Source of the DNA: Deltaproteobacteria bacterium
GTDB taxonomy: Bacteria; Myxococcota_A; Polyangia; Fen-1088
Assembly: GCA_033763315.1 (NCBI GenBank)
Contig: JANRKS010000026.1
Span: 1-64,000 of the forward strand
DNA: 64,000 bases
Direction of reading: 5' to 3'
Made by a program: the position numbers and the translations under genes. Positions 38,175 to 47,581 of this stretch are shown piece by piece. Under the pieces are notes generated by a model. The model searched no databases, was not told where the DNA came from, and saw only the letters and a list, made by a program, of their open reading frames with translations. The first letter of the stretch is position 1; each line of letters begins with the position of its first letter.

Positions 38175-39836
38175 CTAAAGCGTAGACAGCCAGAATGCAC
38201 AGTCGTCAGTCCGCACACCGTCCGCCACCACGATCGGCGAATCGAGGCGCAGGCTCTTCTTTACACCTGCACCGTAACCTGGCCACAGCGGGGCTTCCCC
38301 ACCATTGGGATCACCCGTGGCGGCGAAACGTGACCAATATCCCAGCATCGCGTTGGCCAGCGAACTTTCAGTGGGCGTTGCCATTTTCAGGGTCTGGAAC
38401 AGATACGCAATTTCAACGCCGTGGTAAGCGCCCAGCAAAGCGGCGGCGGGCGACACATCGCGGGCCTTCGAGAACAAGTAGTGAAACACAGTGGGCGATC
38501 CACCAATCACAGCCGCGTCCGCATAGAACACCGACGGGCAAATGAAACGGTAGTCAGACGTCACCGCCACGGCCGCTTCGCGTGGTGATGTGAACCGCGA
38601 CACGGGATATTGCTTCAACACACGCGCTGCGAGCGTAGGACCAAATAGATCGCCAAGCCAAGCCACATACTCCAACGCCGTCTTGGGCCCCGCGCCGATC
38701 ATGAGATTCGTTTCGTCGGCATTCGCGCCAAACACGATGGGAACTTTGTTGTGGCGGCCAGAGCGGATCGCCGCCAAGGGCACCTCCTTCAACACGAAGC
38801 CGTCCACAACCGAGCCATACTCGCCGGCCCCCTGTTTCAAACCCAACGAAAGGTTCTTCGGCCCCGCATCGATGATCTCTTGAGCCGTCTTGGCTCGCAA
38901 GCAAGCGGCAACATCGCTGGTGGTGCACCCCGCCTTCGAGCCAAGCGCCAAACCTTCTGCTTCACCTTCGGCCAACGAAGCATTGCCGACGCAACCTCCG
39001 CTTTGCACAAGCGCACGATGAAAGAGGCCCGCTGCCAGTGGCGAAGCCACAAGCGTGCAGGTGTTGACGCCGCCCGCAGATTCACCAAACACCAGCACGC
39101 GGTTTGGATCGCCACCAAAGGCTGCGATGTTGCGCTTGACCCACTTTAGAACCGCGAGCTGATCCAATACCCCGTAGTTTCCTGAAACCTTCTCGTCGCG
39201 TTCTGCCGAAAGCGCAGGGTGCGACAGAAAGCCTAAGGCCCCCAAACGATAGTTGAACGTCACAACAACCACGCCGCCTTTTTCGCTCAGCGCCGTGCCA
39301 TCGTAAAAAGGTTCAGAGCCAGCCCCCTGCATATTGCCGCCGCCGTGAATAAACAGCATCACGGGCTTGGGTGCGGTTGTTGACTGCAAGCGCGTCCAAA
39401 CGTTAAGCGTCAAGCAGTCTTCATTGCCTTGCAAAGCGGCGTTCGGATCCCCGGGCTTGCCCTGCTCAACTGGACGCTGCGGGCAGATAGGGCCAAAGTC
39501 CGTGGCTTCACGAACGCCCGACCAACAGGCAGCAGCCGCCGGTGGGCGAAACCGACGCTCGCCCGTGGGAGGAGCCGCGTAAGGAATGCCTAGAAACGCT
39601 GTGACGGCGCTATCGGCGGCCGCGGCCTTGCCTCGCACCGCGCCCGTATCAATGAACACCACGCCTGGTGCCGCAGGTGGTAGTGAGCAGCTGTTCCCGG
39701 ATGCGTCGACCATGGGGCTTGCCCCATCGTCCTGCCCTCCGCCGTCTGCCCCCGCGTCAGTGACGCCCTGAGATTCATCCGCGTCAGAACAAGCGACCAC
39801 CCCTATCAGAAGGGCAACGATGAGACTACGTGTCAT
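38175..39836 (-). CDS. Type-B carboxylesterase lipoprotein
   Basis: FLGIPYAAPP, EDCLTLNVW, HGGG, GESAGG, YHGVE. Confidence 0.92.
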   Translation of the reverse strand: MTRSLIVALLIGVVACSDADESQGVTDAGADGGGQDDGASPMVDASGNSCSLPPAAPGVVFIDTGAVRGKAAAADSAVTAFLGIPYAAPPTGERRFRPPAAAACWSGVREATDFGPICPQRPVEQGKPGDPNAALQGNEDCLTLNVWTRLQSTTAPKPVMLFIHGGGNMQGAGSEPFYDGTALSEKGGVVVVTFNYRLGALGFLSHPALSAERDEKVSGNYGVLDQLAVLKWVKRNIAAFGGDPNRVLVFGESAGGVNTCTLVASPLAAGLFHRALVQSGGCVGNASLAEGEAEGLALGSKAGCTTSDVAACLRAKTAQEIIDAGPKNLSLGLKQGAGEYGSVVDGFVLKEVPLAAIRSGRHNKVPIVFGANADETNLMIGAGPKTALEYVAWLGDLFGPTLAARVLKQYPVSRFTSPREAAVAVTSDYRFICPSVFYADAAVIGGSPTVFHYLFSKARDVSPAAALLGAYHGVEIAYLFQTLKMATPTESSLANAMLGYWSRFAATGDPNGGEAPLWPGYGAGVKKSLRLDSPIVVADGVRTDDCAFWLSTL

Positions 39837-39997
39837 GGCGCTATGGACACAACCCAGCGCCAAAAGTGAAAGCCGATTTCGAAGAAATGTGATGGCTCCC
39901 ACCGGAGCTACGCTTTCATCTAGCCCAGCGGCTTTGTGCTTTGCGACCCAATGGCCATCCTTTAATCACGGCGTCACTTCGCGAGGCCGCCCGTGGG

Positions 39998-40864
39998 TTA
40001 CCGCTGATTCGGCTTTTCGAATTTCACGGCCACGCTCATCGCAATAAAATCGGCCCGGGTGCCAAAGAAGCGGCCCGAGATCGGCATGACAGCTCGTGGG
40101 TGGTTGCTCACGCCAATTGAAACATGTTTGTGGCTTACCTCATCGCCCAACGTGGGATCAAAGCCGCTCCAGCCATGAGCCGGCAGATACGCCTCCATCC
40201 ACGCGTGGGTGGACGCGCGGCCGGCTTCTGAAGCGGCGCAATCAAGGTAACCGCTGCAAAACCGCGCCGCAAAACCTAGCGCGCGGCACGCCTCCATCAG
40301 CAGCGTGGCCATGTCACGACATGAACCCGATTGCTTCTGCAGGGTCTCTGCCGGTGTTTGCACGCCCTTTTCCTCGCGGCGCGCATACCGAATGGTTTCT
40401 TTGATTTCTCGATTGAGCGTCGCCACAATGGCGAACGCATTGTTTTGATCGGCCTTCGCGATGACCGCGGGCAGCCAAGCCTGCAAGGACGGCAGGTCCC
40501 CCGGGTAAATCGGGGTCTTGTAGGCATTGGCCACCAAAGCCTCTTCGTCATCGTAGGCCACCGGATAGGCCATCACGCTTTGATCGGCCTCCTCAAGGCG
40601 AGGCAACGCGTGCAAGTTGACCTTCACGCAGGAGACAATGCGCAGCTCGTCGCAAGGCTGCTGAAAATCAACCGTCGCCACGCTGTTGCCAAAGACATCG
40701 CGGCTCCAACGAACGGTATGCGCGGGCGTGATGTCGAGGTCCATCGAAACCACCTGCAAATCGTGGCCTTCGCGTGGGCGCAACACAAGCCGGTGCTGGC
40801 CCAACTCAACGGGTACGCGGTATCGATACACGGTTTCGTGTGTGATGATGAGCTGCGACAACAC
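39998..40864 (-). CDS. Transglutaminase-like protein (Bact_transglu_N + core)
   Basis: DVFGN, GSCRD, SGYL, HAWME, FDPT. Confidence 0.9.
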   Translation of the reverse strand: MLSQLIITHETVYRYRVPVELGQHRLVLRPREGHDLQVVSMDLDITPAHTVRWSRDVFGNSVATVDFQQPCDELRIVSCVKVNLHALPRLEEADQSVMAYPVAYDDEEALVANAYKTPIYPGDLPSLQAWLPAVIAKADQNNAFAIVATLNREIKETIRYARREEKGVQTPAETLQKQSGSCRDMATLLMEACRALGFAARFCSGYLDCAASEAGRASTHAWMEAYLPAHGWSGFDPTLGDEVSHKHVSIGVSNHPRAVMPISGRFFGTRADFIAMSVAVKFEKPNQR

Positions 40865-40887
40865 GGCAACACCTTTACGGCCGGCGC

Positions 40888-41739
40888 TTAAGCGGCGTCC
40901 AAGGAAAATCCGCGGTCACGCAGGTCGGTACGCCGCAAAGCTTTAAACCCAGCTTCTGTGGGTTGACAGTCAACCGTCATCTTCCGTGTGGTAACGGCAC
41001 CAAAGATCGTGGCCACTGCAGCATCCGCTGCGTCGCGGCCCGTGGCGATGCGCACAAGGCCATTAAGCGGCGCCAGCCGTGTGGCATCAAACAGCAGCCA
41101 ACGTTCGCCAATATACGCCTCAAAGCATGCGTGGAAATCTGGAGGCTCAAGCTGGTGAGCGTATCCCGTGAAATACCGTGCGGGAATCGTCAAAGCGCGA
41201 CAAAGCGCAATGCCCAAATGAGCAAAATCCCGGCACACACCTGAGCGTTCGGTGATCGTATCAAACGCCGACGTTTGGGCATCCGTGCTGCCGCGCACGT
41301 ACTCAACGTTATCGAAAATCCAATCTGAAACCGCGGCCACACGATCGTACGTGTCTGCGATCTCACCAAACATCTTCCAAGCCAAACGGTTGAGCTTGTC
41401 GGATTGGCAATAACGGCTTGGGAACAAGAACGGAATGACAGAGCTATCCATGCGCTTCACAGCCACCGGCGTAAGCTTCTGATGCTCAATCAACTCGTGC
41501 TCGCGCTCCACCAAAGCTTCGTACCTGATCACGACCTCCTTGGCTTTGCCTGTGTTCAGGCGAACGAAACGGTTTTCTCCACTTTGCGACTCGAACTCTT
41601 CGTAGGGAAGCTTCGGCTCAAGTGTCAGCGTCTCTTTGAGAACGGCTTGCGACGGCGTTCGCAACGCGTGCACGTTCAGGATGATTGTGCTTGGCGCTTG
41701 CACGTCGTAGTGAAGTTCGCTGAAGACGCGGAATTTCAT
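40888..41739 (-). CDS. Transglutaminase-like protein
   Basis: PSRYCQSD, GVCRDFAH, DFHACFE, GRDAAD. Confidence 0.9.
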   Translation of the reverse strand: MKFRVFSELHYDVQAPSTIILNVHALRTPSQAVLKETLTLEPKLPYEEFESQSGENRFVRLNTGKAKEVVIRYEALVEREHELIEHQKLTPVAVKRMDSSVIPFLFPSRYCQSDKLNRLAWKMFGEIADTYDRVAAVSDWIFDNVEYVRGSTDAQTSAFDTITERSGVCRDFAHLGIALCRALTIPARYFTGYAHQLEPPDFHACFEAYIGERWLLFDATRLAPLNGLVRIATGRDAADAAVATIFGAVTTRKMTVDCQPTEAGFKALRRTDLRDRGFSLDAA

Positions 41740-42239
41740 TTCACTTGGACCCTACCAAGCGTCAGTGGTGTGTAAAGCCAGTGGGCTTGAAGGAGATCTT
41801 GTTTCCATCACACTTTGTTGCCGGCAGGTAAAACAAAGCGTTCCCTGCGCCACACAGCTCTGTTGGCACATCGGGCGTGTGATCCTCGCTTGCCGGGAGG
41901 TGGAGGGCGGGAGTACAAACGCGGCCGATCGACGGTCGCTCGACCTCCGCGGCATCTCCGGGTGAAGTCACGGCTCTCGCGGCCACCATTCAGTTTGAAG
42001 TCGAGCGGCTGCGGTCGGTGACAAAGTTGCCGGATGATGTTGACCGCGAGGCGGCCCGCGACCCGGCAGCCGCTGCAGATGGAGCCGCGTCTTCGAGTCG
42101 GAGTATGATGCGCTATGGCCGCTCCACATCATGATCGTTTTCGGGCCTATGCTCTAGACGGGTCCGCCCATTATTTTCACCCCCGCACGGGCACGCACGT
42201 CCGGGTGGCGAGCCCCGAGACCCCGCCCCACCCCGAACA

Positions 42240-42295
42240 ACTTTACTAAAATATGTCACTTTACCGAAAAGTGAAGCTGGTATATTTAGTAAAGT
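42240..42295 (+). promoter_or_regulatory. Nested inverted-repeat operator immediately before the antitoxin start
   Basis: ACTTTACTAAA (42240-50) / TTTAGTAAAGT (42285-95); inner TCACTTT / AAAGTGA. Confidence 0.7.
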
Positions 42296-43354
42296 ATGGT
42301 CTTCAGCCATGTTAGGCCTAGCGAGAAAAGCCTCGTTGCGGAACTCCCCGCGATGTTGGCCAGGCTGCTCGCGATACCTCAGAAGGCCGTTACTCTTCGA
42401 CGGGGTACCAACGCCGACTTGTTCGTGAAGGCGGCCGATCATGCCTTTGCGGTCAAGGTTCTGGTGCACGCATCGCCAGGTGCCTTGGTGGCCCATTCCG
42501 CGCAGGTGTCGGAAGCGGCCCGTCGCTACGGTCGGAAGGTCGTGCCGCTCATGGCAGTGCCACATATGACGGAGGCTGGCCGCCGGGTATGCCAAGACGC
42601 TGGCATCTCGTGGTTCGATTTCAGCGGCAATGCGCATATCGTGGCACCAGGGCTCCGGATCATCGTCGATGGTTGCCCGAACCGCTTCCGCGGGCCTGGT
42701 CGGCCATCGAGCATCTTCGCGCCCAAGAGCGCGCGAGTTGTGCGGTGGCTGCTAATTAACGAAGGGCGCGCGCTCACTCAGCGCGATATCGCGCGCGCCA
42801 CTGACATGACCGAAGGCTTCGTGAGCCGTATCGTTTCTCGTCTGCAGAGCGAGACCTATATCGTCCGCGAGACAGGAGGTGCGATCCGCGTGAAAGACCC
42901 GCAGGTTCTCCTTGAGGCATGGCGTGACGAGTACCGCTTCGACCAGCACTTGATCCTACAAGGGCATGTCGCCGCCCGTTCGGGCGCTGCGCTCACTCGC
43001 TTCGTGAGCGAGAATTTGGCGGCCGCTTCGGTCGAGCATGCAGCCACGGGCCTCGCAGCGGCTTGGCAGATGATGCACTTTGTTGGCTTTCGCATCGCCA
43101 GCTTTTTTCTCGCAGAGCCTCCCGCTCCCGAGTTGCAGGCGAAACTGGGGTTCCGAGAGGACGAACGCGGTGCAAACCTGTGGCTAGTGATCCCGAAGGA
43201 TGAAGGCGTGTTCCAGGGATCCGGAACCCGGGACGGCGTACGCTGCGTTCATCCGGTACAGGCCTACGTGGATCTAAAGGCGCATCCCGAGCGCTCGACG
43301 GAGGCAGCCGAGGGGCTCCGAAGTGAGCTTCTTCGCTGGAGGCACGATGGCTGA
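42296..43354 (+). CDS. AbiEi-like type IV antitoxin / wHTH regulator
   Basis: HTH LTQRDIARATDMTEGFVSRIV; LLEAW; VHPVQAYVDL; overlaps downstream NTase. Confidence 0.75.
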   Translation: MVFSHVRPSEKSLVAELPAMLARLLAIPQKAVTLRRGTNADLFVKAADHAFAVKVLVHASPGALVAHSAQVSEAARRYGRKVVPLMAVPHMTEAGRRVCQDAGISWFDFSGNAHIVAPGLRIIVDGCPNRFRGPGRPSSIFAPKSARVVRWLLINEGRALTQRDIARATDMTEGFVSRIVSRLQSETYIVRETGGAIRVKDPQVLLEAWRDEYRFDQHLILQGHVAARSGAALTRFVSENLAAASVEHAATGLAAAWQMMHFVGFRIASFFLAEPPAPELQAKLGFREDERGANLWLVIPKDEGVFQGSGTRDGVRCVHPVQAYVDLKAHPERSTEAAEGLRSELLRWRHDG

Positions 43355-44195
43355 CAAACCCAAACGCGCCTCGGAGTACAAAGGCGAGCAGGTTGAACTC
43401 GTCCGTGCGACGTGCCTTTACGTCGCGACGAAGCTCGGCGACATGATGCAGGACCTGGTGATAGTTGGCGGCCTAGTGCCGTCCCTCATCATCGACCAGG
43501 AGAACCTCGCTGAGGGCGTGGAACCACACGCAGGCACGATGGATCTCGACGTGGGCCTTCAGGTCGCACTGCTCCACGAGGGCCGATATCGTCAGCTTAC
43601 CGAACGCCTGCGCGACGCCGGCTTTGAGATGGACAAGAACGACGTTGGGAAGCCCACCCGTCAGCGTTGGGTGATCTCGAATGCGAAGGGTGTAACGATC
43701 GACTTCCTTATCCAACCGACGTTGGAAAGCGACCGCGGCGGCAGGCTGCGCGACCTCGAACCTGACTTCGCAGCCATCATTGCCCCGGGGCTCCGCTGCG
43801 CATTCCGAAATCACAAGCAGGTTACCCTCAAAGGCAAGACCATGTTCGGCGAGAGCGCGACGAGAGATGTCTGGGTGTGTGATGCTGGGGCGTACGTGGT
43901 GCTCAAGGCGCTCGCGTTCGACAGCCGTGGGGAGAACAAGGACGCGTACGACCTGTTTTATGTCCTGAGAAACTATGGCTTGGGGCCTGCTGACGTTGCT
44001 GCCAAGTTGCAGCCTTTACTCGACGAAGCAGATGCGCAGCGCGCTCTCGACATCCTGAAGCGCGACTTCACCGAGGTCAGTGGTGTGGGCCCAATGCGTG
44101 TCGCAGCCTTCAGCACGGGCGGTCCGGATGACCAAATACAGGCCGATGTCGTCGGCTTCGTGAATCAGCTCCTGGCGCTGGTGAAGCTGCCCTGA
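43347..44195 (+). CDS. AbiEii-like nucleotidyltransferase toxin
   Basis: GGAGG RBS; VIVGGLVP, TMDLD, LKALA...KDAYDL. Confidence 0.75.
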   Translation: MADKPKRASEYKGEQVELVRATCLYVATKLGDMMQDLVIVGGLVPSLIIDQENLAEGVEPHAGTMDLDVGLQVALLHEGRYRQLTERLRDAGFEMDKNDVGKPTRQRWVISNAKGVTIDFLIQPTLESDRGGRLRDLEPDFAAIIAPGLRCAFRNHKQVTLKGKTMFGESATRDVWVCDAGAYVVLKALAFDSRGENKDAYDLFYVLRNYGLGPADVAAKLQPLLDEADAQRALDILKRDFTEVSGVGPMRVAAFSTGGPDDQIQADVVGFVNQLLALVKLP

Positions 44196-44239
44196 ATGCC
44201 GAAAGTGCTCAAAGACAGCCTTACTCAACCGTGGTTCTC

Positions 44240-44300
44240 GAGCCAATCCCCAACTTAGCTGCACCCAGGAAGAACGTGAGCACCTGGGTGCACTTGGCTC
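44240..44300. terminator. Hairpin between convergent genes (possible bidirectional terminator)
   Basis: TGCACCCAGG/CCTGGGTGCA inner stem; GAGCCAA/TTGGCTC outer stem; no U-tract. Confidence 0.45.
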
Positions 44301-44349
44301 TGGCGGGCGAGGTTATACCGGTGGTGTTTGCGTCGGGGGTTCACTGAAC

Positions 44350-45723
44350 CTACCCCGAAAGCAACTCCTGCACAGGACCTTGCACGTACTTCGGATCGGC
44401 AAAGTCGTTTAGGTCCGTGAAGCCCATGGCCTGCGCGATGGTGAGCAACACTTCGTGCAGACGTCTGTTCTTCGGATTCGCCAAAGCACCGTCGCGCGGG
44501 CCTGGCACCGACGGCATCTTCACGTATTGGCCCATCTTCAGTTTTCGATTTGGTGTGCCGCCGAAAAGATAGATGGGAAGGTTGTCGTGATCGTGCTCCA
44601 CGGGCGTCCAAGAAATGTCCGACGACCACACGATGGTGGTGTTATCGAGCACGGTGCCGTCGCCTTCGGGGTATTTTGAAAGCTCGTCGAGCAGCGTCTT
44701 CACACGGTTGCCGTAGTACGTATCGAACGCACGGTAATGCCCAACAGCGCCATCATCGTGCAGGTGATGACCTCCGGATGATCCAGGCACCCTCATGCCC
44801 GCACGCAAACCTGCCATGACATAAACGCCCACGCTGGTGCGTCCGCACGCAAGGCCGGCCGCCAGGACACGGCTTTGTAGATCGTGTTGGCGCATGTAAC
44901 TCTCCGTGGGCAAGCCGGCTGTGACATCTTCATATTTTCCCACCAAGCACTTGGCTTCAGCCGCAATGTCGGGGGCGGTGGCGCTCACCGTTTGCAAGGC
45001 ATCAGCCAGATGGCTTTCGTAGGCTTGCAGCTGCTGACGTTCTTGTGCCCCCAACCGTTGCGAGAACGCCTGCATATGCTCCCGCGACAGGCCAAGCACA
45101 TCCTTTTCCCACATACGTTGCTTCTGGCGCGCCGCCAGATCTGTGCTGTTCACAGCAGGCGCGGCGTTGCCTGCAAACAATGAGGCAAACACTTTGTCGG
45201 GATCATGCACAGGCAATTGAACTTGCTTGGGCCCACTCCAACTGGCCGCCAAAGATCCATTGTCGTTGTCACGATCACTGCCGCCCACCACCACGTTCTT
45301 TACGGGATCGGCGCGGCCGATGCGGTCAGCCAGCAAATGATCAAATGTGCGTTGCGAGCCTTCGGACAGTCCGCCGCCAGAATTGCCTGGCCGCTGCAAG
45401 GGGGCCTTGCCGCCCAAAAGGCAATGCAACGACGCCCAGTGTGCATTGAGCTGGTAACCGAAGTTCACGCCCGTGAATCCTTCAAGCAAGCACATCTTGC
45501 TTTTGTAGGGTTCAAACATGCTCATCGTGGGGCCCAGCTTGAAATTTGGTCCCGGTGTGCCCGTTCGCCATGACGGCTCGCGCCCCGAAGGCGTGTAGAT
45601 GAATATAAAGCGTGGCCGCCCCACCCCCTGTGCGGAAGCGGTTCGCTGCAAGCGTGTGCAAAGCAGTCCCAAAGCCGTGGCAGACGCAGAGCCGGTGAGA
45701 AATGTTCGTCGATTCATGTTCAT
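44350..45723 (-). CDS. DUF1552 Tat-exported protein, copy 3
   Basis: GCAGGAG RBS; NRRTFL; TFDHLL; GLACGRT; HHLHD; VLDNT..WSSD...HDHD. Confidence 0.85.
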   Translation of the reverse strand: MNMNRRTFLTGSASATALGLLCTRLQRTASAQGVGRPRFIFIYTPSGREPSWRTGTPGPNFKLGPTMSMFEPYKSKMCLLEGFTGVNFGYQLNAHWASLHCLLGGKAPLQRPGNSGGGLSEGSQRTFDHLLADRIGRADPVKNVVVGGSDRDNDNGSLAASWSGPKQVQLPVHDPDKVFASLFAGNAAPAVNSTDLAARQKQRMWEKDVLGLSREHMQAFSQRLGAQERQQLQAYESHLADALQTVSATAPDIAAEAKCLVGKYEDVTAGLPTESYMRQHDLQSRVLAAGLACGRTSVGVYVMAGLRAGMRVPGSSGGHHLHDDGAVGHYRAFDTYYGNRVKTLLDELSKYPEGDGTVLDNTTIVWSSDISWTPVEHDHDNLPIYLFGGTPNRKLKMGQYVKMPSVPGPRDGALANPKNRRLHEVLLTIAQAMGFTDLNDFADPKYVQGPVQELLSG

Positions 45724-45736
45724 CTCCTGCTTGCGC

Positions 45737-47386
45737 CTAAAGTGCACCGCTGCGGGTTCGGTAAAGAAACAGATCCGAGGTGGCAATGTCGGCCAGCAAC
45801 TGCGAAAACTGGCCGCCTTTCTCAAACCGCTTCGCCACGTCATTCAACGCGCAGTTGTCCACCCCATCGGGAAGAGCATCGGCCAACACATACTCCATGG
45901 CGCGCGACGCGAAGCAAGCCCGCGCTCTTGGCGAGCCGGCCAGCCACCTGGTGAGTGCAGCCACGCCATCAAGATCTTCGGCGCCCTCATACTGCGCTTC
46001 ATCAAAGAAAGCGGGGACGCTGGCCCTGGCATTGATGGGCCTGCCCTTCTCTTGGCTGCGATAGCGTCCCAACTGATCATAGTGCTCGAAGAGATAGCCG
46101 GGCGGATTGATTACCTGGTGGCAGCCTCCGCACTGTGGCGCTTGCGCCAGCGCATCGAAACGTTCGCGCGTTTGCATGTCTGGCGTTGTGGTCACGCGGC
46201 TAAAGTCGGCGTTGGCAACGGGCGGTGGCATCGGCTCACACAACAAAGCGATGCGTATCAACAGCCCGCGCTTGACGGGATCGCTGCCTGTGGGGCTGGC
46301 ATGCGCAGCCAACACAGCTGGCAAAGTGAGAAACCCCACCCGCTCTTTTGGATCAGCGGCACTGTAAAGCGGTTGGAGGCCCGTTTGATTGCGATCGGCG
46401 GGTGCTGTGAAAAGCTTTTCGAATGAACCGTCCTTGTTCAACATGGTCTCTTCAAAAAACGATAGGGCTTGATCGCGCATCGCTTGCTTTAGCGCGGGCG
46501 AAAAATCGGTTCCGTCGCGCTCCAGTTCGGGCAAATGCGCAATACCCATCCAACTCTCTGCCCAACCCTTCATGCGTGCGCGGAAGGACGGCGATTCGGA
46601 CCACTCGGCCACGCGACCTGCGAGCTCCGTGCGAAACGTGTCGTCAGGCAGACTTGCGAAGTGCGAAAGGCTCTCAGCATCCGGCATGCTGCCAGTAAAA
46701 GCCAAAGCCGCCTGGCTCAGAGCTTCGGTGTTCGACAGGCGAAAGACTTCTTGTTCACCGCCGGCACCGCGCTCCGCTTGAAACAGCGTTTGTGGTGCCA
46801 TAAGCGCAGCGGCCACGCTGCCCTCAAATCCCTCCTTCGCGCCATAGGTCGCCACCAATGTTTTGTGCCCTGCGCGAACGCGTTGCCAGTCCTCTTCCGC
46901 AAGCTCGCCATGAAACAAGTCCATGACGACCTTGCGCAATGGTCCGTCCGCGCATTGTTCAACGCGGGATGAATCCAGGCAGGGTGACGTTGCCGGCAAA
47001 GCCGCCGCGTGGGTTTTCGCTGCGGCCAGCATGGCGCCGCGATACGCAGCGAACCCGGCAGAGCTAAGCGTTCGCTGCGACGCCGCTTCGCGCGGCGAGC
47101 CTCCGAGAGTGAAGTTCGCCGCCGTCTTATCTTTGGCATCCAGGGACAAGCTTTGTCTGATCAGCGTTTTGAGATCCTCGTCGGGCAACCTCATCACGCG
47201 CGCCTTAAGCAACGCATTGGACTCACATCGCTCGCTCAAGACAAGCGGTGGCTCATCAACCGAGTGATCAACATCGCTTGGCGTCGCCGACGTTCCCACC
47301 ATACCTGAGCATCCACTTAACGCTGTGCCCAACGCCACAAGCAGCGCTCCCTCAACTTTGGATCGCACACGGGAACTGAACTTCAT
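45737..47386 (-). CDS. DUF1592-family haem c lipoprotein, copy 3
   Basis: GAGGAGG RBS; LSGC lipobox; GSMPD, SDPVKRG, TRERF, CGGCHQVINPPGY. Confidence 0.85.
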   Translation of the reverse strand: MKFSSRVRSKVEGALLVALGTALSGCSGMVGTSATPSDVDHSVDEPPLVLSERCESNALLKARVMRLPDEDLKTLIRQSLSLDAKDKTAANFTLGGSPREAASQRTLSSAGFAAYRGAMLAAAKTHAAALPATSPCLDSSRVEQCADGPLRKVVMDLFHGELAEEDWQRVRAGHKTLVATYGAKEGFEGSVAAALMAPQTLFQAERGAGGEQEVFRLSNTEALSQAALAFTGSMPDAESLSHFASLPDDTFRTELAGRVAEWSESPSFRARMKGWAESWMGIAHLPELERDGTDFSPALKQAMRDQALSFFEETMLNKDGSFEKLFTAPADRNQTGLQPLYSAADPKERVGFLTLPAVLAAHASPTGSDPVKRGLLIRIALLCEPMPPPVANADFSRVTTTPDMQTRERFDALAQAPQCGGCHQVINPPGYLFEHYDQLGRYRSQEKGRPINARASVPAFFDEAQYEGAEDLDGVAALTRWLAGSPRARACFASRAMEYVLADALPDGVDNCALNDVAKRFEKGGQFSQLLADIATSDLFLYRTRSGAL

Positions 47387-47581
47387 TGTTCCTCCTCACA
47401 GATTCACGGTGGCCGGAAGCAGCCTTAAGCATGCGCGCAAGCGGCGCGAAATGTTTACGCCACAATGCCTACCCGTTTCTGTCAGAAAGACCTTCGTCTC
47501 ATAAGAGCCACCCCGCCCGTCATCCCGCCCCTGGTCCATGGGGCGTGAATCAATGCATTTAAGTGGCTCCGCTCAATCTCC

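Noticed and set aside
41762-42134. Short ORF 41762-41989 (-) and a start-less + frame (…ERLRSVTKLPDDVDREAA…)
   Set aside because: May be gene remnants at the edge of the TA cassette, but no family can be supported by eye
41880-44349. Mobile element carrying the TA cassette
   Set aside because: No transposase, integrase, terminal repeats or target-site duplication found
47405-47430. CCGGAAGCAGCCTTAAGC resembles the SRP RNA core
   Set aside because: Lacks the upstream TCAGG and the second GGAA of the conserved domain, and there is no long closing helix
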